The translations under genes and the position numbers were made by a program. Below are positions 1-10,146 of a stretch of DNA of 64,000 nt, piece after piece. The stretch comes from an uncultured Acidobacteriaceae bacterium (GTDB taxonomy: Bacteria; Acidobacteriota; Terriglobia; Terriglobales; Acidobacteriaceae), in NCBI GenBank assembly GCA_963800145.1, contig CAWCZX010000003.1, positions 9,880 through 73,879 on the forward strand, written 5' to 3'. A model generated the notes under the pieces. That model worked only from the letters and a program-made list of their open reading frames with translations. It made no database searches and had not been told where the DNA came from. The number at the start of each line of letters is the position of its first letter. The first letter of the stretch is position 1.

Positions 1-672
1 GTTGCGGCGATCGCCGCGATCGCGATCCTGATTGCTGTGCGTCACGTCGCCACGCCTGGAGATATCTCGTATGCGTTGAGCTATAACCCGTCAGCTTACA
101 AGCTTTCTCTGGGGCACATGGAAGATCTAACGCTGGACTCATTCGCATATCTTCGTGCCCCGCTGGCGCTGGCCGCTCTAGCATTTCTTATTGGTGTCTT
201 CAGCACCTTCCGGACGACGCGGAGGAACGTATACTTTGGCGTTGCAATCATGATGGTCGTGTTTTTGCATGCAGCCAGGATGGCGATGGTCACCTTCGAT
301 CCTTACCTCTCCTCGCGTCCGTTAGTCAAGGTACTTGATCGGTCCCCGCGAGGAGACCTGATCATCGATCATCACTACTTCTGGTATTCGTCCGTTTTTT
401 TCTACACCGACAGAACGGCACTGCTGCTGAACGGCCGATTCTTCGGCCTGGTTTACGGGTCCTATGCACCGACATCTGCCGACCCTTTTATCGATGACGC
501 TCAGTTACAGCGTCTTTGGCGGACGCCGGCGAGATATTACCTTTTTGCCAAGGCAACACAACTCGAAGATCTGGCGTCTCTTGTGGGCAAGAACCAGTTG
601 ATCACGGTGAGCACCAGCGGGGGCAAAGTTCTGCTGACGAATCATCCTCTCTCCGCTGTGGGTGGCACCTGA
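1..672 (+). CDS. 3' part of a polytopic membrane glycosyltransferase, ArnT/GT39-like (GT-C fold); 5'-truncated by the window edge
   Basis: Frame is open from base 1 (VAAIAAIAILIAVRH...). Several hydrophobic helices are followed by a soluble tail (YSSVFFYTDR..LLLNGRFFGLVYGSYAP..FIDD) that resembles, from memory, acidobacterial GT39 C-termini. The catalytic N-terminal region lies outside the window. Confidence 0.55.
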   Translation, partial: VAAIAAIAILIAVRHVATPGDISYALSYNPSAYKLSLGHMEDLTLDSFAYLRAPLALAALAFLIGVFSTFRTTRRNVYFGVAIMMVVFLHAARMAMVTFDPYLSSRPLVKVLDRSPRGDLIIDHHYFWYSSVFFYTDRTALLLNGRFFGLVYGSYAPTSADPFIDDAQLQRLWRTPARYYLFAKATQLEDLASLVGKNQLITVSTSGGKVLLTNHPLSAVGGT

Positions 673-778
673 AATCGGCGAAGGCGCGATCGGGTGGGTG
701 GACACGGCCAGCGGATAAGGGAGTGTAAGTGCTCACTAATTGGGGCCTGGAGCCGTGTGGCGAGCAGCGGCGTCCTTT

Positions 779-2076
<1,298 letters not shown>

Positions 2077-2220
2077 GAGCGAATTTCGGACGGTTGTGGA
2101 ACACTCAATCAACGATCTTGGATTGCCGCGACGGAAAACTGCCGTTAGTTGGCGAAAGCGCGAGGTGCTTCTTGTCGCAAGTGCCTTGGATGAGTTGAGC
2201 GGTCTTGATGCCACCTCGGT

Positions 2221-3375
2221 CTAGATGTTGACGGCGGGGACCGGCTCGGCCGGAACCAGTTCTCCGTTCACGATCAGATAATCCTGCCCGCGCCAACGGA
2301 TCGATTTCCGCGTGAAGCTCACCAGCCAGATAAGGCTTGCCAACGCATCCCATATGGGGATAAGGACGAGCTTCGGCCACACCCCTGGCTGTTTGAGGCC
2401 CATTGAGCCTACGAGCAATGTCAGAACAGATCGAACTAGAAAATACCCGCCGAGATATGCGGCAATAACCGCAGCTTTTGGGTCGATTGCCACGGCCAGC
2501 AGAGACCAAGGAAGTCCCAGCGTAAAGATCAGGCCCACATGTCCCCAAGGACGCATATGACGCATTACCGTGATCCATCGCAAACGCTTTAGGAACAGCG
2601 CGCGCAAAGAATCGTAGTCCGGAACGGTCGATATCGCGTATGGCAGGAGTACAACCTCGTGCCCTCGTTCTTCAATCGAGCGTCCGACGATTAGATCGTC
2701 GGCCGGCATGTTCTCGATGGAGGCATAGCCGCCAAACTCTTGCAGATGCTTTCGAGTCGTGCAGATGGTGGGGCCGAGAGCGAATTTTATGCCATCCAAT
2801 TGCTTGGCAACCAGGATGCCTGGGTAGAAATCGGACAACATTCCAACGTCCTGGATCCGCTGCACCCAGGTTGTGTCTTTTGTCGGTACATAAAAGCAGG
2901 TGACTGCACCCGTTCCCGGGTCAGCTAACGGTGCTACCAACCGGCGCAGGTATCCCGGCTCTACACGCACATCACTGTCGCTAATAACCAAGTGCTCATA
3001 AGACGCTTCTGCGACCAGCCGGGCCAGTTTGGCAACCTTATCGTTGGTAGCCTTACGGCCGCCAGTGCCGATCAGAATACGAATTTGCGCCTCGGGAAAA
3101 TCGGCCTTAAGCTGCTGCAGCACGGGCAGCGCGGGATCACTGACATCCCCTACACAGAAAAGGATCTCGTAGCTCGGATAATCCTGCCGGCAAAAGCTTG
3201 CGAAGTTCTCGTAGGCTTCAGGATCAAGCCCTCGTACGGGCTTGAGATTGCTGATGGGCGGCAGGAATTCCTTGCTCTTCGGTCTTTTTGAAAGGAAGAA
3301 CCGCAGGCAGCTAAACACCGCAATTCCGTAGTAAATGAAAGGGATCGCTGCGATCGCAAGGAGTGCAATCCGCAT
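2221..3375 (-). CDS. hpnI: HpnI-like / ceramide glucosyltransferase family (GT21) glycosyltransferase
   Basis: N-terminal TM helix, then PISNLKPVRGLD, SFCRQDYPSYEILF, NDKVAKL, VISDSD, ADDLIVG and KRLRW, followed by C-terminal TM helices. Start taken at ATG 3375 (the ORF track extends to 3402). Confidence 0.75.
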   Translation of the reverse strand: MRIALLAIAAIPFIYYGIAVFSCLRFFLSKRPKSKEFLPPISNLKPVRGLDPEAYENFASFCRQDYPSYEILFCVGDVSDPALPVLQQLKADFPEAQIRILIGTGGRKATNDKVAKLARLVAEASYEHLVISDSDVRVEPGYLRRLVAPLADPGTGAVTCFYVPTKDTTWVQRIQDVGMLSDFYPGILVAKQLDGIKFALGPTICTTRKHLQEFGGYASIENMPADDLIVGRSIEERGHEVVLLPYAISTVPDYDSLRALFLKRLRWITVMRHMRPWGHVGLIFTLGLPWSLLAVAIDPKAAVIAAYLGGYFLVRSVLTLLVGSMGLKQPGVWPKLVLIPIWDALASLIWLVSFTRKSIRWRGQDYLIVNGELVPAEPVPAVNI

Positions 3376-3582
3376 TGTAGGAATGATCAACAAGGGAAAC
3401 ACACACTTAAGACCATTGAGACCAAACTCCGGCTATCCTACCACAATAGCGAAGGCAAACCGCGCAGATTGGCTGGATTCTGTCAATTGTTGAAATGAAA
3501 TTTTCGTCATCTGTCAGGGTGCAAGGCCAGATTCTCAATCTAAACGCCAATCCAGATGAGCGTGATTCTATAAAATGGAACC

Positions 3583-4047
3583 GTGTCGATAGAACTCACT
3601 GGCAAGGGATCTGCAGAAACGCCGCATAAGCCTCTTCGACTGAAAACGTTTTTGATGATCCTGGTCATGGTGATTACCGGTCCTCTCGGTAACATCCTTC
3701 TCGGCAAGGGTATGAAGCATGTAGGCAAGCTTGCGTTGTGGCCAATCTCGCAGGGGTTTCATACCGGTCTGACGATTTTTACGTCGCAATTTATCTGGTT
3801 GGGGATTTCATCCCTGATCGCGTTTTTTGTTTCGTACATGCTGGTGCTGTCCTGGGCGGATTACAGCTTTGTACAACCTGCATCATCGTTGGCATATGGC
3901 GTGGTGGCGCTGCTTGGTTACTTGATGCTGGGGGAGCGCGTTTCCCCGTTGAGGTGGGTTGGCATTGCAATCATCTGCCTGGGCGTGTTCGTCGTAAGCC
4001 ATACCGCACCGCGGACGACCAATCCCGAATCAGCGGAGCAAGGTTGA
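3583..4047 (+). CDS. Small 4-TM DMT/EamA (ArnE/ArnF-like) transporter subunit
   Basis: Four hydrophobic helices; LSWADYSFVQPASSLAY and LGERVSPLRWVGIAIICLGV are typical SMR/DMT signatures. Confidence 0.75.
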   Translation: MSIELTGKGSAETPHKPLRLKTFLMILVMVITGPLGNILLGKGMKHVGKLALWPISQGFHTGLTIFTSQFIWLGISSLIAFFVSYMLVLSWADYSFVQPASSLAYGVVALLGYLMLGERVSPLRWVGIAIICLGVFVVSHTAPRTTNPESAEQG

Positions 4048-4048
4048 A

Positions 4049-4423
4049 TTGCGAGACCTCATTTTGTTTACAGTGATCGTGGCGGCGGGAACCGGAGGTG
4101 AACTCTGTGTGTCGCGCGCGATGAAGAGCGTTGGCGAGGCAACCAGCTTTCATCCTGTTGAGATCGTCAAGGTTGTCCGGCGAGCGCTCTATCAGCCCTG
4201 GATGTGGGCTGGGCTTAGCATGATGACACTGGCTTTCTTCGCACTTCTCGGCGCTCTGTCGTTGTACAACGTTAGCTTTGTCGTTCCGGTGACTGCACTG
4301 AGCTACGTTGCCGGGGCACTGGGAGGAGTCGTCTTCCTGCATGAACGAGTCAGTTTGTGGCGATGGTTTGGCGTTCTTCTGGTGGCTATCGGAGTAACGA
4401 TCGTATTTCTCAGCAAGGGCTGA
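4049..4423 (+). CDS. Small 4-TM DMT/EamA (ArnE/ArnF-like) transporter subunit, partner of the upstream gene
   Basis: TTG start 1 nt after the upstream stop; LSLYNVSFVVPVTALSY and LHERVSLWRWFGVLLVAIGV are paralogous to the upstream protein. Confidence 0.75.
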   Translation: MRDLILFTVIVAAGTGGELCVSRAMKSVGEATSFHPVEIVKVVRRALYQPWMWAGLSMMTLAFFALLGALSLYNVSFVVPVTALSYVAGALGGVVFLHERVSLWRWFGVLLVAIGVTIVFLSKG

Positions 4424-4428
4424 ACTCT

Positions 4429-4451
4429 GCATCAAGAGGTCCTTTTGATGC
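4429..4451. terminator. Stem-loop between convergent genes, probable terminator
   Basis: GCATCAA-N9-TTGATGC inverted repeat directly after the stop at 4423. Confidence 0.45.
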
Positions 4452-4518
4452 CTGCCTTGAATGATTGAAGATTCAAGAGTCGCCACTTAGCGAAAATAAC
4501 CCGCGAGGGAGCGCCACT

Positions 4519-6126
4519 TTAGCGCGGCTCCTCCGTCACCTCGATGGCGCTCACGCAAGCGTAATTCCTAACCGGGACAAAACTCATAACGATCAGGCCA
4601 GCCGCATTTGGCTCGATACCGCGGAAGGTTTCCGCCACCTGTTTGTTAGGTCCCCCGGCCTTCCCCAAAATATCGAAATTCCGCAGCAATGCCGTACCGT
4701 TTGCGTAAACGTCAAAGACACGGGGTGGGCCGGCATCGGGCGCGGCAGCTACAGTGCCGTAATACGCCTCAGTGAAATGCAGAGTAACTGTATAGCGGCC
4801 TGGAGCCACAGGGATCTGATAAGTGAAGTGGCCAAACCGCTCACCATCGAACAGATGCGGATCGCTCGTGTTCACCGGCGTTTTCACGTGCGAATCTAGA
4901 ACTCCTCCGATGGCATACTGGTCAGCCCCCCAAAGGCTTCCGGCATGATCGACGAATGAATTCGCTTGCATCACAATTCGGACGGGATTCATTCTGCTTC
5001 CCGACTGGGGTATTAACTCAATGGCATTGACGAGCGGCTGATCGAATTGCCGAATGAACTTGAGATGAACCATCCCATCACTGCTCGGTGAAACGCCTGT
5101 GAACACCCGCGTAAACGCCCGATAGGCCCCGCCCGCCTCACTCAGAACGTCGAAATCCACCAATAACGGCCGCCCGTTCAGGGACACCGAAAAGACCCGA
5201 CTGCTCTCTCCCCTGGCAGTGAAGGTACCCGGTCCGAAGGTGGTCTCGACGAAATGCAGCCGAAGTTCATAGTTGCCTGGCTTTGCGGGTATGTCGTAGC
5301 TGAAATCCCCGCTTCGAGCAGTGCGATACATTGTCATATCTGCCGCACCCTGAATATATGGCAGTTTCAGCTCAACTGCCTCTCCGCCTGTAAAGTAGCG
5401 ATCGCCTTTCCAGACGCTCCCATCGCGGTCAATGTACATCTCCTTCTGATAGCCGGCGAGAATCAGGATGGTCCCGGAATCGGGTGTTATGGTGGTTGGC
5501 GCAACAAGCGCGGTCGCAGTCGGCGGGGTCGAGGTGCGGGCAAAGCTTACGCGCGACCGTGTCCCGATCACCACCCAAACCGCAATGGCCGCCAAGACGA
5601 CCATTGCGGTGAGGATTGCCACTCCTTTGGCAGAAAACAGGAAGGGGCGACGTATCCCGGTCGCCTTCTCATCGGCAGTCTCTTTGACCGCAAGGGACCC
5701 TTGTTGGGTTAACCCGTCCCCCTGTTCTACAGCGGGATTCTCGGGCCCTCGTGACCCGTTGGAAGAGGTTGCGGCATCTTCACGCCGAACGAACTGAAGT
5801 TCGTAGTGCCCCTCCTCCAAGACGATTTTGACGACGTGGTTCGCTCCCTCAGTCTCGTAATACGCGCGAAGTTTTCCACGGAGCCGGTGCGCCTCTACGC
5901 GCACACTGGAGTTCTTTGAGGGGTCAAAGTCCGCGGGACGCCCCATCGCTTCCACGCCAATTCTGTACTCGTTAAGGGCGCTTCGATTCTCGCTGAAATG
6001 GTTACTACACAAATATTTAAACAGTCTAGTCAGGCCAGGAGAACTGGAAAGAGCTTCCGAAGAGAGCACCGCCTGGATCTCTTCAGCCTCTTCCCTCGTT
6101 TGTGCTTGTGCTGGTATGAGGAGCAC
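4519..6126 (-). CDS. Membrane-spanning one-component regulator: cytoplasmic wHTH-like domain, one TM helix, two tandem malectin domains
   Basis: N-terminal EYRIGVEAMGRPADFDP..SSVRVEAHRLRGKLRAYY; TM segment AILTAMVVLAAIAVWVVIG; two repeats of the malectin pattern (W..D.Y..GG / Y.IP..PG.Y.L.LHF.E / RVF.V..NG..LL..FD). The start is uncertain (GTG 6126 used; the ORF is open to 6225). Confidence 0.75.
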   Translation of the reverse strand: MLLIPAQAQTREEAEEIQAVLSSEALSSSPGLTRLFKYLCSNHFSENRSALNEYRIGVEAMGRPADFDPSKNSSVRVEAHRLRGKLRAYYETEGANHVVKIVLEEGHYELQFVRREDAATSSNGSRGPENPAVEQGDGLTQQGSLAVKETADEKATGIRRPFLFSAKGVAILTAMVVLAAIAVWVVIGTRSRVSFARTSTPPTATALVAPTTITPDSGTILILAGYQKEMYIDRDGSVWKGDRYFTGGEAVELKLPYIQGAADMTMYRTARSGDFSYDIPAKPGNYELRLHFVETTFGPGTFTARGESSRVFSVSLNGRPLLVDFDVLSEAGGAYRAFTRVFTGVSPSSDGMVHLKFIRQFDQPLVNAIELIPQSGSRMNPVRIVMQANSFVDHAGSLWGADQYAIGGVLDSHVKTPVNTSDPHLFDGERFGHFTYQIPVAPGRYTVTLHFTEAYYGTVAAAPDAGPPRVFDVYANGTALLRNFDILGKAGGPNKQVAETFRGIEPNAAGLIVMSFVPVRNYACVSAIEVTEEPR

Positions 6127-6187
6127 CTCCCCAAGGTGGGAGGATGGTAGCAGACATAAGAGCCTATTGACAAACAGGAAACGCACC

Positions 6188-6203
6188 GTTACAGCCAAGT
6201 AAC
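6188..6203. promoter_or_regulatory. Palindromic candidate operator GTTAC-N6-GTAAC in the regulator/receptor divergent region
   Basis: GTTACAGCCAAGTAAC read directly; a similar 15-mer occurs at 50320-50334. Confidence 0.3.
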
Positions 6204-6270
6204 GCAACCATGAAACGGCGCACAAGTAAATCAGTTATTCGCGCGTAACAGTTGCGTAGCGGGTGCTGGC

Positions 6271-6300
6271 TTGACATACATCAATGGATACTTCTAGAAC
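6271..6300 (+). promoter_or_regulatory. Candidate sigma70 promoter for the first TonB-dependent receptor
   Basis: TTGACA (6271-6276), an 18-nt spacer, then TAGAAC (6295-6300), about 110 nt upstream of ATG 6411. Confidence 0.35.
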
Positions 6301-6410
6301 CCTGGGCAACGATACCGCGTCTCACTTTGATTCCGAACGAGAAACAGTATCCGGTCAGTCGACTCGTCGGACAGCGGTAAAACGACCAACGCTACAGGGA
6401 GACAATCCAG

Positions 6411-9400
6411 ATGACGCGCATCAAATTTCTGTTGACAACTCTTATGCTTCTGGCCTTTGCCGCACCCTCGGCATGGGCGCAGTCAATGTTCGCAACCCTC
6501 AGCGGAACGGTGCTGGACAGCCAGTCTGCAGTCGTTGTCGGGGCAGCCATTACGGTGAAAAACTCGGCCTCTGGCGAAATCCGGGTGACGACCACCAACC
6601 GTGAGGGGTATTTTTCCATCACGGCATTGCCTGCGGCGACCTACGAGGTGATCGTAACCGCCAAAGAGTTCGAGAAATACCATGCGTCAGGCATCGCCCT
6701 TACTGGAGGCGACGACCGCGCGATCAGCATCGCGCTTCAAGTCGGGTCCGCCACTGAAACGGTGGAAGTGACGTCCACAAAAACCGAGTTGGCGCAAACG
6801 GACTCCGGCGAGAAATCCTACACCATCTCCGCCGCCGACCTGCAGCAACTCACCCTGGTCAGCCGCGACGCCACCGAGATTGTGAACATGATGCCCGGGG
6901 CGGTGATGAGTGCCAACGGGGGCGTCAACGCCAAGGCATTTAATGGACAGACAGTCGGCTTGAACCTGAACGGCCCGCTGGATAACGAAAACGTTAACGG
7001 CCAAGCGGTGGACGTGACCATGGACGGCGGTCATACCTTCGATCCTGGCGCATACGGTAATTCGGTTCCGGTGACCGCCAACCAGGACATGATCTCCGAA
7101 GTCAAGATCCTCACTTCGAACTTCACTGCCGATAACGCTAAGGGGCCGGTGGTGGTCAACGTCGTCTCGAAGTCGGGTGGCGCGAGTTTCCATGGGGACT
7201 TTCACTTCAATGCCCGGAATGCCGCACTGAATTCGCTCGAGTCCGATGAAAAGGAAAACGGGATCACGACCAGACCGCAAGAATCCTACTACTATCCCGG
7301 TGCGACCATCGGCGGCCCGGTGATCATTCCGGGGACCGGGTTCAACAAAAGACGCAACAAGTTGTTCTTCTTTGACGGCTACGAGTACTACAAGCAGCTG
7401 AACGACGCGGGGATCGAGTCCGCCTTCGTGATGACCCCGCAAATGCTCACCGGAGACTTCAGCGCGGTCGGCGGCTACGGCTCCAATGTCACCGGGGGAG
7501 GCACTCTCACTGCCACTCCAACCACGCCGCCGGGGCCCGGCTATATAGCCCCGGCGAGCGGAACCCCCGGTCAGAGCGGGTATGTTCCACCAACTCCGAA
7601 TCCGTACGACGGTTTCCTGGCCCTGACGCCCGGAAAATCGGTATCCGCAGCGCGCCTGGCGGGGTGCACGATCACCGGTGGCGTTCTTTCTTCGGCCTGT
7701 CTCGATCCCAACGGTGTGGCCCTGATGAATGCCTATATGCCGAAGCCTACGACTCCGAACGGTGCTCCAGATGCCAACGGCAACAACTATATTCAGGACA
7801 TTACCCAGCCCATGAACATGACCCAGAACCTGGCGAGGGTGGACTTCGACTATAGCGACAAGACCAAGCTGTATGCGACCTACAACCGCCAGCATCAGAC
7901 CGCGACCTGGGCAGTGGGGATGTGGGCCAACACCGCCTCCGCAGACGCTGTTCCAGCGCCAACACCGCTGCTGGGCGGGGATCTGTCCGATTTTGTGAGC
8001 GTCAATTTCATGCACGTCATATCGCCCACGATGACCAGCGAGAGCAGGTTCACCTTTACCTACGAGGACTATCCTGCAGTTGCGCAAGATCCTGCCAAAC
8101 TGCAGCGCTCGGATATCCCGAACTTCACGCTGAAGGGCATCTACGGCCAGCCAACGGCGCCCATGTTTGCCACATGGGGTTCGGGCTTTCCCAATTTAGG
8201 GGATGTAGGCTATCAATTCCCCCTCACCTGTTACAAGAAGATCCCCGCTGCCGGCGAGGATCTGACCAAGGTCATCGGCACGCACACTGCAAAGGCAGGC
8301 GTCTACTGGGAGTTCGTCAATAACGTGCAGAACAACTGGGGGCAATGGGGAGACTTGGGCTACGGAACCTGGACGCCGTTCGTCTCCGGAAACATGTATG
8401 CCGACACATTGATGGGCGTTGGTCAAACAGGCTATACCGAATTTGCATCGCCTCCGCCGCAGGAGATGGCCAACAAGATTCTCTCCTTCTATGCCCAGGA
8501 TGACTGGAAGCTTACCCGCCGTTTGACAGTGCAATACGGACTTCGCTTCGAGCACTATGGCAAGCCCTATTCGCCGCCTTTCGGCCTGGCCCAATTCAAT
8601 CCGAAAACCTATAACAACGCTCCATCCGCAGTGGGACAGAACACCGGCGTTTCTTGGCACAAGGCCGATTCTGCCATCCCGCTTTCGGGCACCAACAGTC
8701 GCTTCGTTTTCTTCTCGCCACGTATCGGCGCAGCCTTCGATGTCTTCGGCAATGGGCACACCATCGTCCGCGGCGGATATGGCAAGTACCGCGCGTACGA
8801 CTCGGTGCAAAGCGGCACTTATACCAATGCTGCCGCGACGGCTATCGGTTCGGTTGCCTGGACCTGCGGCTGGAACGATGCGAATTGCCCCTCCTGGGAA
8901 GACGTCGACACGCACGCACAAGGCCCGGCCGTCTTCGGCCAGGGGATTCCGGCAGGTACGCTGGCCTCGCCAAACGGGATCGACACGGTGACTGCGGGAG
9001 ACGATGAGCAGCCCCTGGTGACCACCTACAGCGTCACGGTCGATCAGAAGCTGCCCGGCAAGATGAATATCGAGGCTTCCTATGTGGGCAATACCTCCCG
9101 GTACTTCCAGCCGGAGATCAACGTCAACGCAATTCCGCTGGGAGCGATGAACGGGTTTATCTGCCCATCCAGTTCAACTGCGACCGCTTGCCAACAGCCA
9201 TATCGTCCCTATCAGAATTACCAGGACATTCTGTCGGAAAACACCGCCGGGAAGGCGCGGTTCGACTCTCTGCAAATGAGCCTGCAGCGCACCTCCGGCT
9301 TCCTCACCTTGATGGTCAACTACACCTACTCCAAGGCGTTGAGCGATGGTTATCTGGGTGCCGACAACGGCAGCGGCTACGCGGACGGCGGGACCAGCGA

Positions 9401-10052
9401 ATTTTATGGTGCCTCACCCATAAACCGGCCCAATGTCTTGAGCACTGCATATGTGATCCACGTGCCGCATATGCAAGGCGGCAACTCGATCCTGAGGGGC
9501 GTGGTCAACGGCTGGGAAGTCTCCGGCATGACGCAGATTGAAAGCGGCGCCAACCTGACCTCGGGACCCGATGGCTGGAACTTTGGGTACGCTCCCGCCG
9601 CGATTTCCACGTCGCAACCGGTAAACAACACTGCGCTGCTGGGAACGCCGGATATTACGCTGATGCCTCTGCTCACCTGCAACCCGAGCAAAAACAACCC
9701 GAAGGGTTTTTACATCAACGCTGGCTGCTTCAGCCTGCCGGCGGGCAATGGGGCGAATGGCACAACCAAAATGCCGTACATTCCGGGCCCGCAGTACTGG
9801 AAGAGCGACCTTACCGCGATCAAGAACTTCAAGGTCGGGGAGCACCAGAACGTACAGTTCAGGGTTGCCGGATTCAACTTCCTCAACCACGCGCTGACAT
9901 CGTTTGAACCGGGCGACGGGAACCTCGATCTGACCAACCTGACGTACGACAGCGCTACCGGAAAGGAAGTGAACGGCAACCCCGACTTCGGTCACGCAAA
10001 GTGGCATTTTGGCCAGCGCATCCTGGAGGTGGGCGCCAAGTATTCCTTCTAA
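6411..10052 (+). CDS. TonB-dependent receptor-like outer membrane protein with N-terminal carboxypeptidase-regulatory-like domain (Oar-type)
   Basis: Signal peptide ending AWA-Q, LSGTVLDSQSAVVVGAAITV N-terminal domain, plug motif ISEVKILTSNFTAD, barrel motifs YAQDDWKLTRRLTVQYGLRFE and SPRIGAAFD, C-terminal KYSF; GGGAG RBS. Confidence 0.9.
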   Translation: MTRIKFLLTTLMLLAFAAPSAWAQSMFATLSGTVLDSQSAVVVGAAITVKNSASGEIRVTTTNREGYFSITALPAATYEVIVTAKEFEKYHASGIALTGGDDRAISIALQVGSATETVEVTSTKTELAQTDSGEKSYTISAADLQQLTLVSRDATEIVNMMPGAVMSANGGVNAKAFNGQTVGLNLNGPLDNENVNGQAVDVTMDGGHTFDPGAYGNSVPVTANQDMISEVKILTSNFTADNAKGPVVVNVVSKSGGASFHGDFHFNARNAALNSLESDEKENGITTRPQESYYYPGATIGGPVIIPGTGFNKRRNKLFFFDGYEYYKQLNDAGIESAFVMTPQMLTGDFSAVGGYGSNVTGGGTLTATPTTPPGPGYIAPASGTPGQSGYVPPTPNPYDGFLALTPGKSVSAARLAGCTITGGVLSSACLDPNGVALMNAYMPKPTTPNGAPDANGNNYIQDITQPMNMTQNLARVDFDYSDKTKLYATYNRQHQTATWAVGMWANTASADAVPAPTPLLGGDLSDFVSVNFMHVISPTMTSESRFTFTYEDYPAVAQDPAKLQRSDIPNFTLKGIYGQPTAPMFATWGSGFPNLGDVGYQFPLTCYKKIPAAGEDLTKVIGTHTAKAGVYWEFVNNVQNNWGQWGDLGYGTWTPFVSGNMYADTLMGVGQTGYTEFASPPPQEMANKILSFYAQDDWKLTRRLTVQYGLRFEHYGKPYSPPFGLAQFNPKTYNNAPSAVGQNTGVSWHKADSAIPLSGTNSRFVFFSPRIGAAFDVFGNGHTIVRGGYGKYRAYDSVQSGTYTNAAATAIGSVAWTCGWNDANCPSWEDVDTHAQGPAVFGQGIPAGTLASPNGIDTVTAGDDEQPLVTTYSVTVDQKLPGKMNIEASYVGNTSRYFQPEINVNAIPLGAMNGFICPSSSTATACQQPYRPYQNYQDILSENTAGKARFDSLQMSLQRTSGFLTLMVNYTYSKALSDGYLGADNGSGYADGGTSEFYGASPINRPNVLSTAYVIHVPHMQGGNSILRGVVNGWEVSGMTQIESGANLTSGPDGWNFGYAPAAISTSQPVNNTALLGTPDITLMPLLTCNPSKNNPKGFYINAGCFSLPAGNGANGTTKMPYIPGPQYWKSDLTAIKNFKVGEHQNVQFRVAGFNFLNHALTSFEPGDGNLDLTNLTYDSATGKEVNGNPDFGHAKWHFGQRILEVGAKYSF

Positions 10053-10072
10053 CTTGGATTGCATCTCGCTCT

Positions 10073-10103
10073 GCGGGCGGCCGGGCGGCCGCCCGCTTCA
10101 TTT
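10073..10103 (+). terminator. Strong GC hairpin after the receptor gene (terminator or mRNA-stabilising/attenuating stem)
   Basis: Perfect 10-bp stem GCGGGCGGCC-GGGC-GGCCGCCCGC (10073-10096) followed by TTCATTT. Confidence 0.55.
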
Positions 10104-10146
10104 CCAACGGTGGTTACTTGTGAATCGTCCGTGTTATGGTTCAACC

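Noticed and set aside
4481-4525. Direct repeat CGCCACTT(T)AGCG twice near the end of the malectin regulator
   Set aside because: Only two imperfect copies and no mobile element between them; not a CRISPR array or a credible target-site duplication.
6687-8087. Long antisense ORFs (also 38543-39376, 42937-44118, 11163-12020 and many shorter ones)
   Set aside because: They are shadows of well-supported genes on the opposite strand in GC-rich DNA and have no protein motifs.
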